DNA of 56,963 nt, from positions 1-56,963 of the forward strand of contig JAYVZN010000098.1 of the NCBI GenBank assembly GCA_043783305.1, given 5' to 3'. Shown here piece by piece: positions 49,084-56,963 of this stretch. Every line of letters starts with the position of its first letter. Within the stretch, counting starts at the first letter, position 1. A program made the position numbers and the translations under genes. Source of the DNA: Betaproteobacteria bacterium (GTDB taxonomy: Bacteria > Pseudomonadota > Gammaproteobacteria > Burkholderiales > Thiobacteraceae). Below the pieces are notes generated by a model. The model worked only from the letters and a program-made list of their open reading frames with translations, made no database searches and was not told the origin of the DNA.

Positions 49084-49350
49084 TTAACGACGCGATGAAG
49101 GGCGTAGATTCGGGTTAAGTTTGTCGATATCGGCTTTCACAAGTTCACGGCTGCGTTCGTAAACAATCTCACGCCCCATGACCTCGCCCACAAAAGCCTG
49201 TCCATTGCGCGTCGGGACAAGGTCGCATTTTACGCTGTGGATACCCTCGCCGAGAACAACTTGGATATGGTCGACGCGCTTGTCGTACACCACAACGTCC
49301 ATATTTTGGCCGGTTTGGGTGATGCGGACTTTAATTTTTTCGGTTTGCAT
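49084..49350 (-). CDS. Hypothetical small cytoplasmic protein (about 88 aa)
   Basis: ORF MQTEKIKVRITQTGQNMDVVVYDKRVDHIQVVLGEGIHSVKCDLVPTRNGQAFVGEVMGREIVYERSR... with a beta-rich pattern. No known motif was recognised. Confidence 0.3.
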   Translation of the reverse strand: MQTEKIKVRITQTGQNMDVVVYDKRVDHIQVVLGEGIHSVKCDLVPTRNGQAFVGEVMGREIVYERSRELVKADIDKLNPNLRPSSRR

Positions 49351-49430
49351 AGATGGATGCTCCAATAAAACATGCGCTATGTAGTGTCACTTATACCGAA
49401 CTTAGTCGTGCGATACGCTATTGTAAACAT

Positions 49431-49446
49431 TACTCCAAAGCACGAA
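49431..49446. repeat. Solo CACGAAAAAGCACGAG unit related to the MITE-like repeat family (copy B, partial)
   Basis: CACGAAAAAGCACGA matches the tandem unit of copies A and C. No flanking TIR was found. Confidence 0.3.
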
Positions 49447-49724
49447 AAAGCACGAGTCTAAAATTAAGGATTTTTTTTTGAGCCTATCGCCGATAGTACG
49501 CCGGTTTGGACATACTCGACAGCGCTGAGTCTTTACAATTTACCCGGGCTTTTAGTTTAATCGGATATTGTTTGTTTTGGTGCCGTATTGGATTTATTAC
49601 AAAAATAAAAGTAAGTACGGCTTTGGCTTTTTCTGCCCATCTTCGCGCTGGCCGCGTTCAGAACTGGTGCGCCGGTATTTTTCTTTTCGGATCAAATACT
49701 ATTGCGCTAGTCAGCATATCCGGA

Positions 49725-50069
49725 TTATGTCGGTAGCAGCGTGATCGTTGTTTCTGCCGTGAGTTTATCGATATCGAATTGTACTTCGCAGTACTCGGTA
49801 ATCTCGGTTATGGGCGTGGGGTCATCGGCGCAACTGCAACCCGCCATAATGCCCGAATAAAAAATGCCTGTTTTTATGCGGAGCGTATGGGCTTCGTCGA
49901 CTGTGCTGATGATGATGACGCAGCGGTTAGCGCCATCGGTATAACTTGTTTGGACGAGGCCTTGCTGCAAGGGTAGCAAGGCCACCTCCATTGCCGTGAT
50001 TTCTTTTTTAAAAATCTCTGCGAAGGCTGGGGTTTCCCAGGCATTTAAGATGTTAGTGAGTTGTAGCAT
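49725..50069 (-). CDS. Hypothetical protein (114 aa)
   Basis: ORF only; Cys-containing (GIMAGCSCADD), no recognised domain. Confidence 0.3.
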   Translation of the reverse strand: MLQLTNILNAWETPAFAEIFKKEITAMEVALLPLQQGLVQTSYTDGANRCVIIISTVDEAHTLRIKTGIFYSGIMAGCSCADDPTPITEITEYCEVQFDIDKLTAETTITLLPT

Positions 50070-50182
50070 GTATGACTTTCCAATTTAAATAACGGGATTA
50101 TCTGCATTATCTCAGCGTGTCGCCCAAGTAAGCAAATCGTGTATTTCAAGCCGCTATAAAGGAGGTGCCGACGCATTTTCCA

Positions 50183-50914
50183 TTAATCTTGGAGCGGATT
50201 ATCTTTGAGTGCTTCCGTGCGATCAAAGGCACGGTTTGCCAAGGCGTATTCATTATAAATACGGTTGCCTTCGCGGTTGACCTCGCGGTTAAGCGCGGGG
50301 CAATTATCGAAAGCCGGCAAAGATTTTAAGCGCCGCGCTAATACATTGGCACCTTCGGTTCCGATCGCTTTGTGGCCGTCTTCATGCGTTCGAATTTTAC
50401 CCACCACACCAGGCCAACGCGCTTTCAACGCGGCGGGTGCCTGTTCCGAATCCATCCATTGCGGCATGGTAATGGTGGTTACCAGCGTCACCTTAAATTG
50501 GTCGATGCGGCATTGTTCCGGTGTTTCGATGTAATCAAATTTCCACTTGAGCTGCCAGCGAATCTCCGCGTAAACGTGGCGCTGAACAATTTCGTTAAAC
50601 GGGCCGTTTTGCAGCATGGAGAGATGCAGCGCATAAGGTGTGTTGCCATAAACCGGATAGTATTGAATGGCCGATTCCGGTACTTCCACGCCACTGACCG
50701 GATTCGCGCTATGCGATTTTTGGATGTGCAATGTCTGCGCTTTGGTTTCGGGTGGAGCATGCTCTTCGTAATGTACCCGACCTTCTCGGTCGACCCACTT
50801 GTAAATTTCGCCAACGGCATCGGCGGCCAGCGCTAAACCCAGCAGGCTGCCCAGAATCGGTTTGAAAATTCTGCGTGAGGCCGCTATCCCGAGGCTGATT
50901 GTTCTGGGTTTCAA
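50183..50914 (-). CDS. Secreted DUF4124 + DUF922 (predicted Zn-metallopeptidase, HEDGH motif) protein
   Basis: Signal peptide, then the DUF4124 motif (IYKWVDREGRVHYEE), then a DUF922-like region with THEDGHKAIG (HExxH). Confidence 0.6.
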   Translation of the reverse strand: MKPRTISLGIAASRRIFKPILGSLLGLALAADAVGEIYKWVDREGRVHYEEHAPPETKAQTLHIQKSHSANPVSGVEVPESAIQYYPVYGNTPYALHLSMLQNGPFNEIVQRHVYAEIRWQLKWKFDYIETPEQCRIDQFKVTLVTTITMPQWMDSEQAPAALKARWPGVVGKIRTHEDGHKAIGTEGANVLARRLKSLPAFDNCPALNREVNREGNRIYNEYALANRAFDRTEALKDNPLQD

Positions 50915-51550
50915 TTATCGAATCGCCGTGATCGCATTCTGGATGGGGCGTTCTTGGTAACCAACAAACCGTTGATACCCCACGTACGTCAGCGGATAAC
51001 CATTGCCTTGGAGGATGGTGTAAGCCGTTTTTGCCGTATCGGATTTCTCCGGATCGAGTTCTGTGAACGGGATGTCGTGGCTGTTGAAATACGCCCTTTG
51101 TCGCTTGCAATGGGGGCACCAATCTGTGCCGTACATCACGACACGGGCGCGACCATTGTCGTCAAAATGATTTTGCATGGCGATGTTTTCACTGCGGCTC
51201 AGCGCCGCTGGCCCCAGTGTACCGGCTAATACGCCGACGATTTCCAATCGACCGCCCGCCGCACTTTCATGGCCCACTTGAATCAGCGGATATTGATGCA
51301 CGCCATATTTTGCACTTTCCGGAGCGGCAATATCCACTAAGTCATATTCAATTTTTCGATCTTTGAGCAAGGCCTCGATTTCCCCGCAGACGGCTTCACA
51401 TCCTGGTCCGACGAATAGCCGCACAATCGCTTTTCCATCGGCATCAAACGCGCCGGGTTTTTTTAAGAACGGTAAACGATCGAATGCGCCGATGGAATAG
51501 AGTTTGTATCCGCCAAATAGTAGTACGGCCAGGAGGATCAATTTTTTCAT
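50915..51550 (-). CDS. Secreted tandem glutaredoxin/thioredoxin-fold protein
   Basis: Signal peptide. The first thioredoxin-like module has CEAVC (FVGPGCEAVCGEIE). The second module has a canonical CPHC (YGTDWCPHCKRQRAYF). Its stop directly abuts the downstream DUF922 gene start. Confidence 0.55.
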   Translation of the reverse strand: MKKLILLAVLLFGGYKLYSIGAFDRLPFLKKPGAFDADGKAIVRLFVGPGCEAVCGEIEALLKDRKIEYDLVDIAAPESAKYGVHQYPLIQVGHESAAGGRLEIVGVLAGTLGPAALSRSENIAMQNHFDDNGRARVVMYGTDWCPHCKRQRAYFNSHDIPFTELDPEKSDTAKTAYTILQGNGYPLTYVGYQRFVGYQERPIQNAITAIR

Positions 51551-51601
51551 GTTTGCGTTTCTCTTTCGCGCGATTTACGGCGTTGATTCGGAGCCAATCA
51601 C

Positions 51602-51916
51602 TCAGGCAATTTTAGCAAAAAGTGTGTGCCGATGGTTACGCGACTTGCACGTCAATATGGTACAACGCCCAGGGGCACAATGCGAAGCGCGCATCGTCGC
51701 AAAGTCAAAGCAATATCCTTTATCGAATTGAATCTTTTGCTTGTGCATCATCTGATCGAGTGCAGGATTCAGCGGGCCGCGATTGGTGCGCTCGATTGCA
51801 CCCGTCACTGTCAGAAGTACGGGCCAGGCGAATTTTTCCGTGCGCTTTGCGTGCACGAATGAGGGGAGGGCCACCGTGCTTGCGGCAACCGTCGCAAGAA
51901 ATTGTCGTTTATTCAT
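51602..51916 (-). CDS. Hypothetical secreted protein (104 aa)
   Basis: Signal peptide (FLATVAASTVALPSFVHA). The rest is unrecognised; the call is tentative. Confidence 0.25.
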   Translation of the reverse strand: MNKRQFLATVAASTVALPSFVHAKRTEKFAWPVLLTVTGAIERTNRGPLNPALDQMMHKQKIQFDKGYCFDFATMRASHCAPGRCTILTCKSRNHRHTLFAKIA

Positions 51917-52318
51917 TTGGATAACCGGGGGAATGTATCTTGTCGAAGTTTGACGTAAATTTCCAGACCCGACACGGTACGGCGTTATTTTTTTGATGCG
52001 GCATTACTCTCTGTGGTTATTCGGCGGAGCATTGCGGAATCTAAAGTTAAGAAAAATCCACGCGTTGTTCCGCGTGCATGCGCATTTTGAAAGGGCGATC
52101 AGCTAAGCAAATTTTTTTGAGCACCATATAAACTGCGGCCTATTTGAATATATAAAAATAAGAATAATGTGTTTATCTTAAATAATATCCAACATCCAAA
52201 ATATTTTTTTACTACGGAATAAAAACGTAGACTTGGCAGTCAGGCATATCGTAAGACAATAATTGAAATTAAAACGACCAGATCATCAGTGAACAACAAA
52301 AAAAGGGAGTAAATAATA

Positions 52319-53854
52319 ATGATCCATAAAATAGCGTTAGCAATTATAGTTTCTATGTTCGGGCTGGTTTCAAATGTGACGTTAGCGGCAGGGCCGACGG
52401 ATACGGGGGTTCGCGGCGGCGCTCCGGGAGCCGGAGGGGCGCTCCCCAATATCCAAGTCAATGAATTTGCTTTGTTCAAAGAGGGGCTGTTTCGAGCGAC
52501 GGAGTTTGAGTCCACGTGCGAAACCTGTTCGGACATCGTACCCGGTACGCCCAATGGTCAAGACCCGCTGCTGCAGACCATTACAAACTCGGCTGGACTC
52601 GGTGCTCGATTTAACGGCGATCAATGCACGATCTGCCACAGCCAACCGGCGCTGGGTGGCTCGGGTGGATTTTTGGTGCCAAACCCGCAAGACCCGGTCA
52701 GCCAACACCGCCCCCCGGAAAATCCAATGTTCGATTTGATCCCCCACCGCAAAGGCCAAACGAATGTCACTCCTTCATTCATCAAACAATATGGGCCGAT
52801 ACAGGAAGCGCGCTTTATTCTAAAGCCGGATGGAACTCCCGACGGCGGGGTGCATCAACTCTTTACAGTCGTCGGCAGGACAGACGACCCCTCAATTGCG
52901 GGTTGTACGGCGGAGGTGCTTCCACAGCCTAATTTTGAGGCTCAACTGAAGAACAGGAATGTGATTTTTCGTATCCCGTTACAACTTTTCGGCATGGGGC
53001 TGATTGACTCTGTTCAGGATATTGAAATTCTCGCGCGACACAATGCCACCGCCGGATACCGGTCCGCAAACGGCATTAAAGGTATACCGAATACCAGTGG
53101 CAATGATGGAACCATTGCACGTTTTGGCTGGAAGGCGCAGAACAAGTCGTTGACCTTGTTTGCGGGCGAGGCTTATAACGTTGAAATGGGTGTGACGAAT
53201 GAGTTGTTCCCGCAGGCGGTAGAAGAGATGCCGGTGTGCAACGGGCCGCTGAAGCCGCACCCCAACGACGTTACGCGAACGGATACGGACGACAACGGAA
53301 ATGATGGCTTCAATAATCCGCTGCACATATTGCCGGACTGGATGCAATTCAGCTTGTTCATGCGATTTTTAGATGCACCGCAACCGGTTGCCCTAACGGC
53401 CAGCGCGCAACAAGGAAAAGTATTGTTCGGCACCGATGCGAATAATTTGGGTATCGGTTGCGCCGCTTGCCACACGCCGCAAATGAAAACGCCGGACATC
53501 ATTAAAAGTGATGCGCTGAAAAACCAACCAGTGAACCTTTTTTCCGATTTGCTGATACACAATATGGGTTATAAGTTGGCCGACAATATCACCCAGGGTG
53601 CCGCGAAAGGCGACATGTTCCGTACGACTCCGCTATGGGGCGTGGGACAGCGCAAGTTTTTTATGCACGATGGGCGCACCGATAACCTGCTGAGTGCAAT
53701 TGAAGCGCATGCTGCACCGGGAGGCTGCAACAACTTGGCGGGATGCCCGAATGGCGGATACCCGGCATCGGAGGCGAATCAAGTAATCCGTCGCTTCAAA
53801 GAATTAAAGAACAGCGATCAGCAAGCGATATTAGATTTCCTGCGGGCCTTATAG
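52319..53854 (+). CDS. Di-haem c-type cytochrome, DUF1111 / cytochrome-c-peroxidase-like family (putative periplasmic peroxidase/thiol oxidoreductase)
   Basis: Signal peptide, two CxxCH motifs (CTICH; CAACH) and an MHDGRTDNL motif as in di-haem CCP/MauG-like proteins. It lies downstream of an AT-rich promoter region at 52100-52300. Confidence 0.65.
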   Translation: MIHKIALAIIVSMFGLVSNVTLAAGPTDTGVRGGAPGAGGALPNIQVNEFALFKEGLFRATEFESTCETCSDIVPGTPNGQDPLLQTITNSAGLGARFNGDQCTICHSQPALGGSGGFLVPNPQDPVSQHRPPENPMFDLIPHRKGQTNVTPSFIKQYGPIQEARFILKPDGTPDGGVHQLFTVVGRTDDPSIAGCTAEVLPQPNFEAQLKNRNVIFRIPLQLFGMGLIDSVQDIEILARHNATAGYRSANGIKGIPNTSGNDGTIARFGWKAQNKSLTLFAGEAYNVEMGVTNELFPQAVEEMPVCNGPLKPHPNDVTRTDTDDNGNDGFNNPLHILPDWMQFSLFMRFLDAPQPVALTASAQQGKVLFGTDANNLGIGCAACHTPQMKTPDIIKSDALKNQPVNLFSDLLIHNMGYKLADNITQGAAKGDMFRTTPLWGVGQRKFFMHDGRTDNLLSAIEAHAAPGGCNNLAGCPNGGYPASEANQVIRRFKELKNSDQQAILDFLRAL

Positions 53855-54440
53855 GGGATATCCGTTTCGTCAAATCCTCCAGCGGGCCGTACGCCGCTGG
53901 GGGATTTTATTTTAGCGTACCGCGAGATAGCTTTGGAATTCATCCGCGTTCATTTCACGTACCTTCATGCCCGCGCGCGCTTTAAATGGGTAATAGTAGG
54001 TGTGGTTACCGTCGATACGGACTTTGATAATAACCGTGTCCGATCCGGTATTACGGGTTCCAAACAAACGACTGGCAAGACGTTTCAGCAACATGATGGC
54101 TCCTGTGATTAGTCCTTTTGCTGCATATTCAGCAAGCACCGTGCCAGGTAAATAATCAGAGCAACTTCTCGCGGCAACTCTGCCGCAAGCATAAAGTTTT
54201 AGTTAAATAACAGCCGTGTAAGAATTTTAGCGCGGGGACAATTACGACTTCGAGTGGATCGCGATGACGCGCGTAACCTCGTCGATATTGTTTTGCCTGT
54301 AGAAAAATTGACGGCGATGAACGGAAATTCGACAGGGGATCGGTAGCGGAATATAACCGGGCGCACAGCGATGTATCCCGTGTGCATTACCGATAGGTAG
54401 CAACACTTTTACGTGCGAAACAGCTATTTACGCCATAACC

Positions 54441-54593
54441 CTAGAAAAAGCAGTCAGTCCACAAAAGGCACGAAATAAATCAAAAGCCTGTGCGGGTTAG
54501 GCCACTCACCCATTGGGTAGCGATCTATAGATATGCATCTCTTTGAATATTTCGTGCTTTTCGTGTATTTCGTGGACTGACTGCTTTTTCTAG
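54441..54593. repeat. MITE-like intergenic repeat, copy C (complete, 22-bp perfect terminal inverted repeats)
   Basis: CTAGAAAAAGCAGTCAGTCCAC (54441-54462) is the exact reverse complement of GTGGACTGACTGCTTTTTCTAG (54572-54593). The interior has CACGAAA(A/T)N tandem units on both arms and CCATTGG/GATCTA motifs shared with copy A. Confidence 0.55.
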
Positions 54594-54623
54594 GATTATT
54601 GATGGGCGTTAATCGCGGCGAGA

Positions 54624-55004
54624 TTATGCTGGAGTTTGCAATACGGCGCGCATCGCTTCCTTAGTGACCGGGAATTTCAACACGGTATGGATTGTAAACA
54701 ACGCGAGCAGCTTGCCAATATGCGCTTCCTCACTGGGTTGCATAACAACAATAATCTTCGCCTGGGGTGCAATGGCTTGCAGGGTTCTCAGGGTGACATC
54801 CAGATTGGAGACAGTGGCCCCCGCGTAGTCGTTGCCCCAGCCATAGATAAACTCTCCCACGAAAAAATCCGGCGGCTGTTTTTGCAAGGCCCGGTGGAGA
54901 TTGCGGGCAGAGTCGAAACGCTCCGCCACGATGTCCAGCGCCTGACACAAACCGGGGAAATCGGGCGGAAAGGGCGATGTGATTAGGGAGAAGAGGGTTT
55001 TCAT
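54624..55004 (-). CDS. Hypothetical protein (126 aa)
   Basis: ORF only; alpha/beta pattern (KIIVVMQPSEEAHIGKLL). Confidence 0.3.
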   Translation of the reverse strand: MKTLFSLITSPFPPDFPGLCQALDIVAERFDSARNLHRALQKQPPDFFVGEFIYGWGNDYAGATVSNLDVTLRTLQAIAPQAKIIVVMQPSEEAHIGKLLALFTIHTVLKFPVTKEAMRAVLQTPA

Positions 55005-55109
55005 GCAACTACTGTTTCATGGGGCTGGCAACTAGGGTTGAAGCATGATGATGCACCAGCGCTAGCGGCGGATAGGATAACCAAGAATTAATTCGACTCT
55101 GACCCCATT

Positions 55110-55991
55110 TTATTGGGCCACCTGCTGCCGTTGATACTCCTTACGTTTCATCACGAGGTATACATCCCGCTCGATTTCATGCAGTTGGCGGGCGTACTGC
55201 TCGGTGTCGCTATACCACTGTTGCAGGCGCTTCTCTACTTGATACTTGGGCGGGGTGGCTAGTGCGGCCAGATACGCATTGATCGCCAGGTAGTAGCGCA
55301 TGGTATTGCGTTCCACCACGCCGCGTATTCCTTGAACATAAATTGGTTGACCATCGGCTTGTTTGCCGGTGACCGTAAACCCGACCTTGCCCCGGCCGAG
55401 CGTGGCCAAGTAGCCTTGCATGGCTAGGCGGCCAGTGAAACCAAAGGCATAGGCATAGGTGATATGTAAAAAACTACGCCCATCTTTCAAGGATGTGGCT
55501 TCAATCCAGATGCGATAGTCATGGGTACTCAAGGGCCCGTCATCGGCGTTTAGTTCCAATGCGAAATACTCCGGCGTTGTGATCACGCTGCGATAATTGA
55601 ACGCGAGACGATAAGCCTCCGGCAGCGCCTGATAGTATTTCCGACCAAGGTTTACGTTAAGTACCGTACCGTTCTTGTTATCGGTGGCATTACAATATTT
55701 GATATTCATATGCAGTATCAGCACATCACACCAATGTGCGGGGTTGTTGAGCGCTGCGTTAACAGTAATAAACGGATAATCGACCACAGCATAGATTTCG
55801 CCCTTTAGATCCGTCGATGATGCTACAGAATCAAGATAGAGCGCACGTCGAAACTGATTGTTCAGTAGCCGATTACCCAATTCGGTGAACATGGTACGCA
55901 GCGGTACGGCGGATATTTCGGACGCGGTAGCAAAAGATGTTCCGATGGCAAATCCGCTGCCAATAAGCAAGAAAATCAGCGCCCGTTGCAA
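55110..55991 (-). CDS. Secreted hypothetical protein (293 aa)
   Basis: Signal peptide (ALIFLLIGSGFAIGTSFATA); Tyr-rich beta-type composition; unknown function. Confidence 0.4.
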   Translation of the reverse strand: MQRALIFLLIGSGFAIGTSFATASEISAVPLRTMFTELGNRLLNNQFRRALYLDSVASSTDLKGEIYAVVDYPFITVNAALNNPAHWCDVLILHMNIKYCNATDNKNGTVLNVNLGRKYYQALPEAYRLAFNYRSVITTPEYFALELNADDGPLSTHDYRIWIEATSLKDGRSFLHITYAYAFGFTGRLAMQGYLATLGRGKVGFTVTGKQADGQPIYVQGIRGVVERNTMRYYLAINAYLAALATPPKYQVEKRLQQWYSDTEQYARQLHEIERDVYLVMKRKEYQRQQVAQ

Positions 55992-56222
55992 TAACCTTGG
56001 CGGAAATGCATATTCAGCCTCAACTTGAAAAAACCGTATCAGCAGGATGTTCCTTTATATCAATGTGTATCTGAACGCCCGACACGTACTTCTGAAACAA
56101 CTCCGCGCGACTCATAGGCCTCGTGCAATTGTTGGAATGCACTATAAAATTTACAGTTTAAAAGGTGCAATCCAGGTGGTCTGCATGCGAGAAATTGGAA
56201 AATTACTCGCACACCGTTACCT

Positions 56223-56375
56223 TTATTTATGTTCCCGCGCTTCATCCTTGATGGCTTTACCACCCTTCTCGATGTCTTTACCTGCACCCTCAACGGTGTT
56301 GCAACCGGACAGAATGGCAAAACTGCTGGCTAAGAATAAAGCCGCCATGAGCGGTGTGATGAATCGTTTGATCAT
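56223..56375 (-). CDS. Entericidin A/B-family small lipoprotein (50 aa), unannotated in ORF track
   Basis: AGGAGA lies 5 nt before ATG 56375. It translates to MIKRFITPLMAALFLASSFAILSGCNTVEGAGKDIEKGGKAIKDEAREHK*, with a lipobox (LSGC) and the entericidin pattern CNTxxGxGxDIxxxG. Confidence 0.6.
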   Translation of the reverse strand: MIKRFITPLMAALFLASSFAILSGCNTVEGAGKDIEKGGKAIKDEAREHK

Positions 56376-56560
56376 TTGAATCTCCTATTAAAGATATTGA
56401 ATAGCACCAATGCATTTGCATGGTAGTGCCGCACGGTCGTGCATGTATGTACGCTACCCAACATACGACCCTAGCCCGTCGGGTTATTGTGCATGCTTGA
56501 GGATGAGAACGATTGGTGAATTCGTCCGAATACATCAAATCAGCGAACCGAGGTATCTTA

Positions 56561-56963
56561 TGAACATTACGCGAAAACAACTGGCCGTCTTAGTCACGAT
56601 TGCAGGGATGATGCAGTTAACGCTGTTGCCGATTCAAGCAAATGCACAAGCGTACAACCACGTACAGGCAAGCCCCCGTATTGAAGGTTTCAATGTCGAT
56701 GAAGTGCAACGCTTGACCCCGGGTACCGAACTTGATTTTAGCCTCTATGGCACACCCGGTGGACAGGCAACCTTGAGCATTGCCGGTACATCGCGCAATC
56801 TGGCCCTTAGCGAAGTTGAAGCCGGTGTATACGAAGGAACCTACACAATTAGCAGCCGCGACAAGATTACAGCGCGCAGTCCAGTCACCGCCAATCTGCG
56901 CGTAGGCAATCAAGTGGACAGCATGGTGTTGAATGAATCCCTGCAAATAGGTGTCGGTGACCA
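56561..56963 (+). CDS. Secreted protein, 5' part (continues beyond window)
   Basis: GAGGT 8 nt upstream of ATG 56561. Signal peptide (MNITRKQLAVLVTIAGMMQLTLLPIQANA) and an open frame to the window end. It is absent from the ORF track because it has no stop; the overlapping minus-strand ORF 56617-56946 is likely spurious. Confidence 0.5.

Noticed and set aside
56617-56946. 109-aa minus-strand ORF at the window end
   Set aside because: The plus strand here encodes a protein with a clear signal peptide and RBS from 56561, so the minus ORF is the antisense artefact.

Overview
This is a 57-kb chromosomal segment from a Gram-negative proteobacterium. The taxon is not resolved; the PEP-CTERM protein, CheD, NasT and a Tat-NrtA suggest an environmental beta- or gammaproteobacterium. 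It is densely coding with signalling and nitrate-related genes. No rRNA, tRNA, CRISPR array or transposase was found. From left to right the window contains: (i) a left-end accessory patch with a truncated RHS/YD-repeat fragment abutting a methyltransferase C-terminal remnant, two AraC/GyrI-like regulators, a GFA-family protein and a SnoaL-like protein. (ii) A NarK/NasA-like MFS nitrate transporter preceded by a canonical sigma54 promoter, followed by a PP2C-phosphatase/Ser-Thr-kinase fusion. (iii) A minus-strand operon nasT - leader - nrtA-nrtB-porin-nrtD that runs on without gaps into a membrane CheA-like kinase carrying a periplasmic PilJ/NarX-like (nitrate-sensor-like) domain, then CheY and CheX. 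This is the most unusual system in the window. The nrtA leader has a sigma54 promoter, hexaloop ANTAR-type hairpins and an intrinsic terminator. (iv) A STAS gene with a sigma28-like promoter, a TSUP transporter, and a PhnD-like periplasmic binding protein co-operonic with a TM-HAMP-PAS-PP2C-HATPase partner-switching fusion protein. (v) A complete chemotaxis locus MCP-CheY-CheA-CheW-MCP-CheR-CheD-CheB. (vi) A flotillin-like SPFH protein with four internal repeats, CorA, and MarR with a divergent OMF-MFP-RND efflux operon. (vii) A PEP-CTERM alpha/beta hydrolase, an AGDEF diguanylate cyclase, small unannotated genes, an envelope redox cluster (DUF4124/DUF922, a double glutaredoxin-like protein, a DUF1111 di-haem protein) and secreted proteins. 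A small MITE-like repeat family with CACGAAAAG tandem units occurs at three intergenic sites.
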